16,358 nucleotides of DNA, from the NCBI GenBank assembly GCA_043814095.1, contig JBDRKI010000057.1:1-16358 (forward strand), given 5' to 3'. Source of the stretch: Armatimonadota bacterium (GTDB taxonomy: Bacteria > Vulcanimicrobiota > JACPDS01 > JBDRKI01). Position 1 is the stretch's first letter. Each line of letters opens with the position of its first letter. Below are positions 1-8,849 of this stretch, one piece after another. A model generated the notes under the pieces. The model searched no databases. It worked only from the letters and a program-made list of their open reading frames with translations, and was not told the DNA's origin. A program made the translations under genes and the position numbers.

Positions 1-1027
1 TAGGTGAAGGAAATATACCCATGCCGATACCCAGCAGTAAAAGTGAAAAAATAATATAAGTAAAGTTTGTTTCGTGCTTCAGGAAAATAAAGAATGTAAG
101 GGCCAGTGAAAGTAAAAGTGCCCCCATTGAGCATATCATACGGCAGCCTATCCTGTCGGATGCTGCGCCCGCAATAGGCTCTAGAATTATACTTATAGCC
201 GCAGGTACCAGCATTATAAGACCGGATACATATACGGAGAGATTTTTAGTTTCTTCAAGGTAAAACGGAAAAATGAAAAATACTCCGGTAATTACAAGCA
301 TATACATGAGTATTGCAATAACACTGTTTGTAAAATGGTAGTTTCTGAACATAGTAAGATCAATTATCGGATAGGAAATCTTTTTTTCCCAGATAATAAG
401 GGCAATTATAAAAACTGCAGTTATTAAAAGGTAAAGGATTGTTCCGCTATGTTTTGCAATTTCCAGGGAATATATGAAACTCACAATGCTTAGGCAGATA
501 AGGACTGTGCCCGGCATGTCAAACCTTTTATCGGCAGGTTCCGGTTGTTCTTCAGGTAAATATTTAAGTATTATAAAAAATGTTGCAAGTGCTATAGGCA
601 CATTTAGAAAAAAGATTGAGTGCCAGCCTATGTACTGTGTTATAAAACCGCTTGCGGCAGGTCCCAGAGCATAAGCTAGCCCGAAGGCAGCTATTATTAT
701 ACCGAAAAATTTCCCCCGGTTCTCCGCCGGAAGAAAAATCGGTACAACGGCAAAATTTACCGCTAGTATCATAGCCGAGCCCATGCCCTCAAGCATCCTG
801 AAGAAAAGAAGCATGTTAATGTTGTTTGATATACCGCATAGAAATGTGCCCGCCATAAAGATTAATAAGCCAGCCAAGAGAACCTTTCTATAGCTTTTTA
901 TATCTCCTAGCCGTCCAAAAGGCAGGGAGAATACCGCAGTAGATGCCAGAAAAAGTATCATTACTTTAGATACATGGCTTACACTGATACCGAAATACCT
1001 AGAGATAGTAGGGAGTGCTATATTTAC
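1..1027 (-). pseudogene. 3' part of an IS-disrupted DHA2 (EmrB/QacA-like, 14-TMS) MFS drug:H+ antiporter gene; runs off the left edge
   Basis: Manual minus-strand translation from 1027 is open to the window edge: VNIALPTISRYFG...PFGRLGDIKSYRKV (motif A)...FRMLEGMGSAM (motif B)...YALGPAASGFITQYIGWHSIFFLNVPI (motifs C/H)...RFDMPG...YPIIDLTMFRN...AGAASDRIGCR. It is missing from the ORF track because no stop lies in the window. Confidence 0.92.
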
Positions 1028-1100
1028 CCCTGATTATTCACAAGAGATTATTAATCGAGCCTTAACTGTTGATTGATATAGCGTTAAGGGATTTTAAATC

Positions 1101-1126
1101 TGCACCCGTTGGGTGCATTTTTTTTT
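1101..1126 (+). terminator. Intrinsic-terminator-like hairpin inside the IS left end, upstream of the transposase
   Basis: TGCACCC-GTT-GGGTGCA stem-loop (1101-1117) followed directly by 9 T (1118-1126). Confidence 0.6.
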
Positions 1127-1212
1127 GCAAAAAAGGATGATTTTTGATGGCAAAAAGAGAAATCTCCTCTAAAGAATTAATTAAAAAATTAACCTTTAAA
1201 GGAGACCAATCA

Positions 1213-2496
1213 ATGGATTATAAATTCAACTTTAACCCAAAAATATCCTTTAATTTTTCAGGAGAAAAAATAAGTTCAAATGCGGGCTTGCTTCCAGTTA
1301 AAGAATTCGCTGATAAATTACGATTGGGGAAATGGCTAAACGAATATTTAAGCCCCTGTAAAAAACACCGTAAACATTCTTTTGTTCAATGCTGCCTGCA
1401 AAAAATTTACAGCATAATCTCGGGACATGAAGACAACTGCGACAGTCAGATATTAAAACTGGATCCTGTATTTCAAACCATTTTGGAAAAAGAAATCGCT
1501 TCTCAGCCAACTCTTTCTCGATTTGAAAATTCAGCCGCAATTTGTGACAGGAAAAACTTACAGGAATTAAATTTAGACTTAACCTTGTCCACATATTCCG
1601 ATAAAGACTTACAAGAGATGACAATAGATACAGATTCTATGGATATTATAGCTCATGGACATCAGATAGGCTCCGGATATCATGGTTATTACGAAGATAA
1701 TATTTATCACCCTATTTTTTGTTTTAATGCCGCAACGGGCGATTGCTTAAAAGCGCAGTTAAGAAAAGGCGTTACTCATACGGCGAATAAAATTGTTGTT
1801 TTTCTTTCCCCCGTGATAGATAAATTAAAACAAAAAAACCCTGATATTCATTTAAAATTACGGGGCGACGCGGGCATGAGCATACCGGCGCTATATGAAT
1901 ACCTGGAACAAGAGGGCGTTAATTATTATATCCGCTTAAAAAGAAACCCTGTTTTGGAAAAGCTTTATGAAGACGTTCAATTAGAAACTTCAGTGAAAAA
2001 CAAAAATATTTCTTACGGCGAATTTTTTTATAAAGCCGATAGTTGGACTCATTCAAGACGAGTGATAGTAAAACGGGAAATTAAAGCAGAATTATTGTTT
2101 CCACTCATATATTTTGTGGTTACTAACGATTCGGCGGGCGACGAAGAAGAAATTATTGAATTTTATCAGGACAGGGGAATAGCCGAAACATATCTTAAAG
2201 AAGGTAAATTAGGTTTTTCATGGGACAGATTGTCTTGTCATAGCTTTATGGCTAATCATTTCAGATTGCAATTGGCTGTTTTGGCATATACCCTCATTAA
2301 CTTAATGAAAAGATTGATATTTAAAAACACCGTATTTTGTAAATCGAGCATAAACACATTAAGATGGAAGTTGATTAAATTGGGTTCCGTAGTGGTTTCG
2401 CATGCCAGAAAAATATATTTTAAATTCAGCAAATCTTATCCGTACATAGATGATTTTTTGCGAGCATTAAAAGCGATTCATTGCCTCAATTATTAA
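1213..2496 (+). CDS. tnp: IS1380-family DDE transposase (427 aa from the preferred start)
   Basis: Motifs FSGEKISSNAGL, GHEDNCD, ASQPTLSRFEN, TIDTDS (D), GYHGYY...YHP, LRGDAG (D), FYQDRGIAETYLKEGK (E), ANHFRLQLAVLAY. ATG 1213 follows AAAGGAG and is preferred over the track's TTG at 1144. Confidence 0.93.
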   Translation: MDYKFNFNPKISFNFSGEKISSNAGLLPVKEFADKLRLGKWLNEYLSPCKKHRKHSFVQCCLQKIYSIISGHEDNCDSQILKLDPVFQTILEKEIASQPTLSRFENSAAICDRKNLQELNLDLTLSTYSDKDLQEMTIDTDSMDIIAHGHQIGSGYHGYYEDNIYHPIFCFNAATGDCLKAQLRKGVTHTANKIVVFLSPVIDKLKQKNPDIHLKLRGDAGMSIPALYEYLEQEGVNYYIRLKRNPVLEKLYEDVQLETSVKNKNISYGEFFYKADSWTHSRRVIVKREIKAELLFPLIYFVVTNDSAGDEEEIIEFYQDRGIAETYLKEGKLGFSWDRLSCHSFMANHFRLQLAVLAYTLINLMKRLIFKNTVFCKSSINTLRWKLIKLGSVVVSHARKIYFKFSKSYPYIDDFLRALKAIHCLNY

Positions 2497-2530
2497 GGCG
2501 CTGTCAAAAAAACACCTTTAAAAAATTAGC

Positions 2531-2554
2531 AGGGGCACATTGCAATGTGCCCCT
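2531..2554. repeat. Perfect 24-bp palindrome in the IS 3' non-coding tail
   Basis: AGGGGCACATTG|CAATGTGCCCCT is exactly self-complementary. Confidence 0.85.
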
Positions 2555-2603
2555 ATCCGGTGAAACTTTGTCTTTTTACTGAAAAAGTATGTTTTTTTTC
2601 ATA

Positions 2604-2632
2604 GTTGGGGCTTGATTAATCAAGCCACCAAC
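2604..2632. repeat. Second palindrome in the IS tail (18-bp perfect core, extendable)
   Basis: GGCTTGATT|AATCAAGCC at 2609-2626, extended by GTTGG/CCAAC with a one-base bulge. Confidence 0.8.
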
Positions 2633-2712
2633 AGAAAACTTCTTCTCTGCAAATTCTGCGCTCTCTGCGGTAAAAAAAACAACATTATTTTTTGTTCTAT
2701 GAATAATCTGGG

Positions 2713-2813
2713 TTTACTATTCCCAGATCAAGTCCTGCCATAAAACCGATAAGAGCAAGTCCTAAGACTACCCATTTTTGCTGTTTTTTGTCTTGTATTA
2801 TAAAATTTTTCAT
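2713..2813 (-). pseudogene. 5' fragment (codons 1-33) of the disrupted DHA2 MFS transporter
   Basis: ATG at 2813 gives MKNFIIQDKKQQKWVVLGLALIGFMAGLDLGIV, which joins NIALPT on the other side of the IS to rebuild motif D1 (LDxxIVNIALP). As it stands, the frame reads into the IS and stops after NPDYS. Confidence 0.9.
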
Positions 2814-2841
2814 AGAAAGCCTTTAACTGTATTTAAAATAA

Positions 2842-4800
2842 TTACAGGCAGTAAACTTTTTTCCATACGGCAAAATTAATTAAACGCCACATATAAGAAG
2901 AGTTGTGTTTTAATATTTTATCCCAGTTATTAAGTATAGATGATGTATTTATAAAAGGATCAAGATCTCTTGTTATATATGATTTAAGATCTTCTTTCAT
3001 AAAATGTAGCCAGTCATATTCGGGTGTTGCAAACCCTATTTTATCCGTTCTTTTTCTTATCTTAGCAGGTATTATATCTTTTACGGCTTCCCTTAAAAGA
3101 TATTTACTGAATCCGTTATGTATTTTGTAGGATGAAGGAACGGTAGATACATATTCAATCAGATTTATATCATCAGCAAATGGTGTTCTTGCTTCGATGG
3201 AGAACCTCATGGAATTTCTGTCTTCATACCTTAGCAGGTTCTTAAGGTGTCCTTCCGTCTGGCTTTCAAAAAGCATTTTATTTAAAGATATCTGTTTCTT
3301 TTCTCTGTGTAGTCTTAATCTTTTTAAATTTTCTTTCTCAAACCCATTATCAAAGTACATGTTTTTATATACTTTAGGTTTGGAATCTTTTAAAGAAAGT
3401 ATGTGCTTCATAACAGATTTTAAAGCTATGCTTTTATCTATGGATGAATTGGAAAGAGAATTGAATTCTCTTAAAAAAGACGCTATATCAAGATTTTTCA
3501 GTATTTCGTTAAAGAAAGTCCCGTAATAAGCGGAGTAACCTGTAAAGAGTTCATCAGCTCCCTGGCCGTCAAGAAGTACTTTTACATTATTTTCTTTTGC
3601 AAGCTTCATTACCATGTACTGGGCGTAGATGCTTGTTGAAAGGAACGGTATATCCTGTGTGTATATAAGGTCTTCAAGGTCTTTTAAAAATTCTTCCGGT
3701 TTAGGGAAGGTTTTAAACCATAAAGTGTCTGCTGTTTTAGCGGCAAGCTCTGCCCAGCGGCTTTCATCTATATCTTTTGAGTCATAGCACGCGGTAAAGG
3801 TTTTCTGTTTTTCTCCTATCTGAGGCAGAGCTTCTTGATTTAACAGCCCGCTTATTATACATACAATGGTTGAAGAATCTATACCTCCGCTTAAACATGA
3901 CCCTACAGGCACATCAGACCTTAAACGGAGCCTGACCGCATCAATAATAAGGCTTCTTGTTTTACGGGAGTATTCTTCAAGTTTTTTAGAACTAAATTTT
4001 TTCCACTTTTTTGTATAATCTAAATTATAATATTTCCATTTTTTGAAGCTTCTATCTGAAAAATTATATTCAAATGAGAAAGAAGGCGGCAGCTCAAAGA
4101 TACCCTGGAAAAAGCCTTCTTCTTCGTTTTCCTGACATCCAAACGCAAGATAATCAAATACAGCTCCCGGATTTATTTTTTTATTAATAAAAGGAAGTAT
4201 GGATAAAGATTTTATCTCTGATGCGAATGCAAACTGGTATTTATCAATATAGTAATAAAAAGGTTTTACTCCGAACCTGTCTCTAGAACCAAAAAGAATA
4301 TTCTTACTTTTATCATAAATTACAAAAGACCACATCCCGTTAAACTTCTTAACACAGTCCTGTCCCCATACTTTATATGCGTTAAGGACAACTTCTGTAT
4401 CTGTATTTGTACTAAATGTGCATTCTAAAGCTTCAAGTTCTTCCCTTAGTTCAATGTAATTATATACTTCACCGTTAAATATTATCCATAAGTTTTTATC
4501 TTTTGAGCACATTGGCTGATGAGCATAAGGTGATAAATCTATAATTGAGAGCCGTCTGTGTGCAAGAACACCGAAACTGCCGTCAGGGACATCAGAAAAA
4601 CTCCCGCGAGGGGAGTAACCGGGCCCTAAACCGAATACATCAGAAGGGGTGTCCTCTCCACCGTAGCAGATCTCTTCTTCTTTTTTAAGAAATACATAGC
4701 CCTCATCATCAGGCCCGCGGTGCTTAAAAGCATTAAGCATACTGGTGATATGACGAAGTTCATCTTTTTTGAAACTTATAATTCCCGCTATACCGCACAT
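2842..4800 (-). CDS. asnB: Asparagine synthase (glutamine-hydrolysing)-family class II amidotransferase, probably glycan-modifying
   Basis: N-terminal MCGIAG (catalytic Cys2), HRGPDD, HRRLSIIDLS, HQPM, FNGEVYNY, RDRFGVKP, CLSGGIDSS (PP-loop), LDGQGADE, EARTPF, KIGFATP. Confidence 0.93.
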   Translation of the reverse strand: MCGIAGIISFKKDELRHITSMLNAFKHRGPDDEGYVFLKKEEEICYGGEDTPSDVFGLGPGYSPRGSFSDVPDGSFGVLAHRRLSIIDLSPYAHQPMCSKDKNLWIIFNGEVYNYIELREELEALECTFSTNTDTEVVLNAYKVWGQDCVKKFNGMWSFVIYDKSKNILFGSRDRFGVKPFYYYIDKYQFAFASEIKSLSILPFINKKINPGAVFDYLAFGCQENEEEGFFQGIFELPPSFSFEYNFSDRSFKKWKYYNLDYTKKWKKFSSKKLEEYSRKTRSLIIDAVRLRLRSDVPVGSCLSGGIDSSTIVCIISGLLNQEALPQIGEKQKTFTACYDSKDIDESRWAELAAKTADTLWFKTFPKPEEFLKDLEDLIYTQDIPFLSTSIYAQYMVMKLAKENNVKVLLDGQGADELFTGYSAYYGTFFNEILKNLDIASFLREFNSLSNSSIDKSIALKSVMKHILSLKDSKPKVYKNMYFDNGFEKENLKRLRLHREKKQISLNKMLFESQTEGHLKNLLRYEDRNSMRFSIEARTPFADDINLIEYVSTVPSSYKIHNGFSKYLLREAVKDIIPAKIRKRTDKIGFATPEYDWLHFMKEDLKSYITRDLDPFINTSSILNNWDKILKHNSSYMWRLINFAVWKKVYCL

Positions 4801-4839
4801 GGGGTAAAAGATTCAATTTTAAAGAGTAAAAATCCTTTC

Positions 4840-7800
4840 TTATTTTAAAAGTTCAATGAGCGGTTTTAACATAATTCTTACAGCCGCTTTTAGTCCGGGC
4901 TTATCCTTAATAAATTCGGCCACGGGAGGGCTGTAGCGGTAATAATTCTTTACAAAAATTCTGCCGGGAGCGCTGTGTATAAGGTATTTATCCCTGAATT
5001 TTCTTAAAACCATAACTTCTTCGGCCACGGGCGTGCCGTATGCCGCAGTAGCTATAAAACATCCTTTTTTTTCAGTCGCATCTATCGAACCCGAGGCGGC
5101 ATCTTCAAATCTCGGGGATAAAAGGGCTATGGTCTCAATCGCGTGATGTCCCACATTTAAGCTTAACGATCTTCCCGTAGAGGATAAAGCCGCGTCAGCC
5201 GAAGATGACGCATATTCTTCTATGATATTGGTCTGTCTTACGCTGTCAGATCTGCAAAAAAAGCTTACTGTTGTAGGATATGTCCCGGATTTTCCTTCTA
5301 TATCATACATGCGCAAAATAACATTGCCGTCAAGGACGCCGGAAGCGGTATCATCCCGCTTTTTAAAGGCGGTCAGGATAATATTTGCCGGAGAAACCGA
5401 GCAGAAAGATTTTTCTTCTTCAAGAGTGCCCGTATCCTGCGCCCGGCTTAAAATCACCGCTCTTAAGGGACTGTTTGCCTGCATTGCAAATTTACCGCCC
5501 CTTACAGAGTTGTCGGACCAGTCGCCTTCATGAGACAAAACGGAAAAAGAATAAGTATGGTCACCCGTCTGTGAATATGTTATATTGCCTTCGCCACAGC
5601 TCTGACGGGTTGCCAGCAGAACCGGCTGCAGGATAGGGTTGGCTATTAAACCGCTGGCATCAGGTCCCAGTCCGCCGTCGGCGGGAAACAGATAATCACA
5701 TACGGCCACACTGGAGCTCATGGTGACTCCGTATGTCCTGTCTTGATCACATACGCTTATAAAATTCTGCACCTCTCTGGGATGCACCATTTTACAAAGC
5801 TGGGTATATCTTTCGCCCGCGCCAAATGCAAGCTCGTCCCTGCCGACCTGAACTACTCCCATAGGCACTTCATACGCAACAATGCCGTTATTTATATTTA
5901 CGGGCAGAGCCATTCTCCATTCCCTGAATATCGTACCGTCCCAGTCAAGTATTGATACTTCAAAATCCACTTTTTTAATCCCGCGGTAAAAAATAATCTT
6001 TTCCCTTACTGTGCAGTTGTCCAGTTCTTTCTCAAACTGATACGCGTCGCGGACCGGGCCTTCTTCTACTATTGACCAGCTTGGATTGCCGCTGTTTAAC
6101 TGGTAAAACGTTCCGTCAACAACCGGCTGTTCTACGGTCGCAAACTCGCCTGCTCCGTAAAGCCGGGAATACATGGTGAAGATCTCGCCGCCCAAAAATG
6201 TTTTGGTATCATAAGTTTCCGACTGTATTATGTTTATATCCAGACTTAAGTCTTTCAAATAATTAAGGCCGGCGGCGGCAAAGTCTGCTTCATACATGCT
6301 GTTTCTATACAGGTCGGTCGTGGGAGTCAGGGGCAGCTCTATATCCGGAGCGGACATGCTCCCGTTAATAAGATAATAAGTCTTATACCCGAGCGAAGGA
6401 ACATCTTCAGCAATAAAAACAATCTCTTTTTGCGTGCCGCTTGTTGATAATATCTGGTAAGAAACGGGATTGCCGTTGAAATCAATAATACTCCATGTAT
6501 TGTTCTGCGGAGTGACTGTGCATGTTACGGGGTCATCTCTTTCCCATGGTAATGTATTAAAAACAACAATTGGCGCCGCATCGCGTGTCTTAAATTTTAT
6601 ACTGCCAGCTATTGATCCGGTGGCGCTTGTAAGTATCGTTTCCGCCGACTGCTGAGCGCTTAGGGCGCAGTTAAGAAAGGTAATGTCGTTTTCGGCTCCG
6701 TTGTTGCCGCCCCAGCCGTGGTCCGGATAAATGGCGTTTTTCCATGCTTCTTCAAAAGTATCGCTCGGATAAGAACCGAAGCTTCCGTTTATAATACAGT
6801 CAAATGTAGAAAACATCTCCGCCGCGGGCAGGAGTCTTGCGGCTTCCCTTATGGCCGTCAGGGCCCAGTGATGAGCGGGCCCGTGAATATAGAGCCATAC
6901 ATTCGGGCGCTCCCCTATCCATTCGTCAAATGTCACGCCCTGCTGAACTGCCGCGGAGGAAATCGCGTCAAACGCATCCTTACACGTTGACATCCTTAAA
7001 TAAGGGCGCCCCGCAACTCTGCTTATTGACCAGTCGTTTATAAAATTGCTTGCGTACTGAGCCGTATTAACGCCCATGTAAGGAGCAGGTATTGCCATAT
7101 CATGGGTGTAAACAAGCGGCCATACGGATGATAATCCGTATCCGTTTATAATAGTCGTCCATGAATCCAGAGTAACCGGCAAATTCGCGCCCGCAATCGG
7201 ATCCCAGTATGTATAATTATCATTATTTTCCCAGCAGCCGTTTACATTGTTTTTTACATTATTAAAGTCATCCGCATATACGGGAACAGGGCCTGTTTCC
7301 TGTTTTTGAATATAGGCATAAGGGGTAAAGACGCCGAGATAGTCAGCGCCTTGATATTTTTCCGTCGGGAAGTCGTATTTTCCGTTAGATAAAACCAAAA
7401 TACTGTAATCGTCCGTGCCGCTGTGAAAATTAGGGCTTTTCCAATTGTAGATGCCTTTTTCCTGGCGGCTGGTTATAAGATAATTGATGCCGGCTTTTTT
7501 AAATATCTGCGGCATCTGCATAGCGCGGGCGGGCGGATCAATATTCCACGCAACGGAAGACGCGCAGTCCGAACCCAGCTCTTTTTTCTGCCACTTGCGC
7601 CCGAGATAAACCAGACGGACCAGCGCTTCGCTTGGGAGCATGGATTCATAATTGCAGTTATATGTCGCTCCTATTTCAAGATTGCCGCTTCTTATGTATT
7701 CAATAATTTTGGACTTATCCCCCGGGTAGGCGTCAAGATAATCCATTACCTCTCTTGTATATTCCAGATTGTACCTGTAAACGCTGTTCGGGTAATCTTC

Positions 7801-8049
7801 TTCTATCCACCCCAGTACCGGGTTTATAATTAATTTATTTCTTATGTTTATGCAGGTTGCTATAAGATTTTCCCAACCGATATCCTGATGTGAGCAGTAA
7901 ATGACATGGGTTGTGCCGTTTGTAAGAACTCCCCAGTCTTCATCAGGCAAAACTAAACCCGCACCGGCTATAAAAAATAAAAAAAGAAAAGTAAAAATTA
8001 AAGCAATGATTTTGATTCTATTAATATTATTTCTTTTTAAAGTTTTCAC
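4840..8049 (-). CDS. Secreted glycoside hydrolase family 38-like (alpha-mannosidase-like) protein with C-terminal CFI-box-CTERM domain
   Basis: Basic plus hydrophobic N-terminus (signal peptide or anchor). GH38-type motifs SHQDIGW (HxD metal ligands), WNIDPP (putative nucleophile Asp), [26 protein letters not shown]-like [15 protein letters not shown]...LRMYD. C-terminus [10 protein letters not shown]...LRKFRD...YYRYSPPVA (about 4843-5064). GTG start with GGAG 10 nt upstream. Confidence 0.8.
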   Translation of the reverse strand: MKTLKRNNINRIKIIALIFTFLFLFFIAGAGLVLPDEDWGVLTNGTTHVIYCSHQDIGWENLIATCINIRNKLIINPVLGWIEEDYPNSVYRYNLEYTREVMDYLDAYPGDKSKIIEYIRSGNLEIGATYNCNYESMLPSEALVRLVYLGRKWQKKELGSDCASSVAWNIDPPARAMQMPQIFKKAGINYLITSRQEKGIYNWKSPNFHSGTDDYSILVLSNGKYDFPTEKYQGADYLGVFTPYAYIQKQETGPVPVYADDFNNVKNNVNGCWENNDNYTYWDPIAGANLPVTLDSWTTIINGYGLSSVWPLVYTHDMAIPAPYMGVNTAQYASNFINDWSISRVAGRPYLRMSTCKDAFDAISSAAVQQGVTFDEWIGERPNVWLYIHGPAHHWALTAIREAARLLPAAEMFSTFDCIINGSFGSYPSDTFEEAWKNAIYPDHGWGGNNGAENDITFLNCALSAQQSAETILTSATGSIAGSIKFKTRDAAPIVVFNTLPWERDDPVTCTVTPQNNTWSIIDFNGNPVSYQILSTSGTQKEIVFIAEDVPSLGYKTYYLINGSMSAPDIELPLTPTTDLYRNSMYEADFAAAGLNYLKDLSLDINIIQSETYDTKTFLGGEIFTMYSRLYGAGEFATVEQPVVDGTFYQLNSGNPSWSIVEEGPVRDAYQFEKELDNCTVREKIIFYRGIKKVDFEVSILDWDGTIFREWRMALPVNINNGIVAYEVPMGVVQVGRDELAFGAGERYTQLCKMVHPREVQNFISVCDQDRTYGVTMSSSVAVCDYLFPADGGLGPDASGLIANPILQPVLLATRQSCGEGNITYSQTGDHTYSFSVLSHEGDWSDNSVRGGKFAMQANSPLRAVILSRAQDTGTLEEEKSFCSVSPANIILTAFKKRDDTASGVLDGNVILRMYDIEGKSGTYPTTVSFFCRSDSVRQTNIIEEYASSSADAALSSTGRSLSLNVGHHAIETIALLSPRFEDAASGSIDATEKKGCFIATAAYGTPVAEEVMVLRKFRDKYLIHSAPGRIFVKNYYRYSPPVAEFIKDKPGLKAAVRIMLKPLIELLK

Positions 8050-8147
8050 ATGTAAAAAACTCCATTTTTATCAATATTATTTCTTTATTAAATTATTTTT
8101 TCCTGCTATTTTTTATATATTGATAATATTTTCTTGTCACTATTCCC

Positions 8148-8176
8148 TTTACAATATAATATTAAAATAATATAAT
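8148..8176 (+). promoter_or_regulatory. Sigma70-type promoter for the sugar operon
   Basis: TTTACA (8148-8153), 17-nt spacer, TATAAT (8171-8176). RBS GAGGT at 8202-8206 precedes ATG 8214. The region is very AT-rich, so chance matches are possible. Confidence 0.6.
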
Positions 8177-8213
8177 GAAGCCATTGATTTAACGGTATTT
8201 TGAGGTAATCTTA

Positions 8214-8849
8214 ATGGTTAAAGCATTTATTCAGGCAAGAATGAGTTCATCTCGGTTTCCGGGTAAAGTACTTGCTCCTTTTAAGGGTGAACCTGTTATA
8301 CTTCATGTCCTAAGACAGATTAGCAAAGTTATGCCTATGGATGAGATTATTGTTATGACTAGTACCGAAGTTTCTGATGATCCGTTATGCTTTTACCTTG
8401 AGGAACAGGGCATAAATGTTTTCAGAGGAGATCTTAATAATGTATTTTTAAGGTTTAAGATGTGTCTTGAGAAATATCCATGTGATAATATATTAAGAAT
8501 ATGCGCTGACAGCCCCTTACTGGATGCAGATGTTTTAAAGAAAGTTATTGATTATGCTTATAAGGGAGATAAGGGCTTTGATATTGTTACAACTACATTC
8601 CCCAGAACTTTCCCTAAGGGTTATAATGCGGAACTTATAAAAAGCTCAGTGTTAAAGTCAATTGATGAAAGTAAGCTTACTCCTTACGAACTTGAACATG
8701 TAACCTTATTCTTCTATAATAATCCTGATAAATTTAATATATATAATGTAGAATCGGATAATCCCGAACTTTCTAAATTAAATTACGCTGTTGATACGGT
8801 TGAGGATTTAAAAAGGCTTGAATCTATATTTGAAGAGGCAAAAAAATGA
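8214..8849 (+). CDS. SpsF-like sugar cytidylyltransferase (CMP-ulosonate synthetase family)
   Basis: IQARMSSSRFPGKVL, DDPL, FRGDLNNVFLRF, RICADSP, FPKG, EHVT, AVDTVEDL. Confidence 0.88.
   Translation: MVKAFIQARMSSSRFPGKVLAPFKGEPVILHVLRQISKVMPMDEIIVMTSTEVSDDPLCFYLEEQGINVFRGDLNNVFLRFKMCLEKYPCDNILRICADSPLLDADVLKKVIDYAYKGDKGFDIVTTTFPRTFPKGYNAELIKSSVLKSIDESKLTPYELEHVTLFFYNNPDKFNIYNVESDNPELSKLNYAVDTVEDLKRLESIFEEAKK

Larger units (their letters stand above)
1028..2712 (+). mobile_element. Complete IS1380-family insertion sequence (1685 bp)
   Basis: Imperfect terminal IRs: left CCCTGATTATTCACAA (from 1028), right reverse complement CCCAGATTATTCATAG (ending 2712), 13/16 identical. A 5-bp direct repeat TTTAC lies at 1023-1027 and 2713-2717. 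Removing the element and one TTTAC restores the MFS reading frame. Confidence 0.95.

Noticed and set aside
474..674. 66-aa plus-strand ORF
   Set aside because: Antisense shadow of the MFS transporter frame, with no recognisable motifs.
1144..1212. Longer transposase N-terminus from TTG 1144
   Set aside because: ATG 1213 has a strong AAAGGAG RBS and family similarity starts after it. The upstream start is not fully excluded.
1298..1624. 108-aa minus-strand ORF inside the IS
   Set aside because: Antisense to the transposase, with no motif; IS1380 elements typically have one ORF.
2903..7833. Several 60-136 aa plus-strand ORFs
   Set aside because: All lie antisense within asnB or the GH38-like gene and show no family features.
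7901..8170. 89-aa hydrophobic ORF resembling a membrane peptide
   Set aside because: Produced by AT-rich promoter DNA and the antisense of the GH38 signal peptide; it overlaps both.
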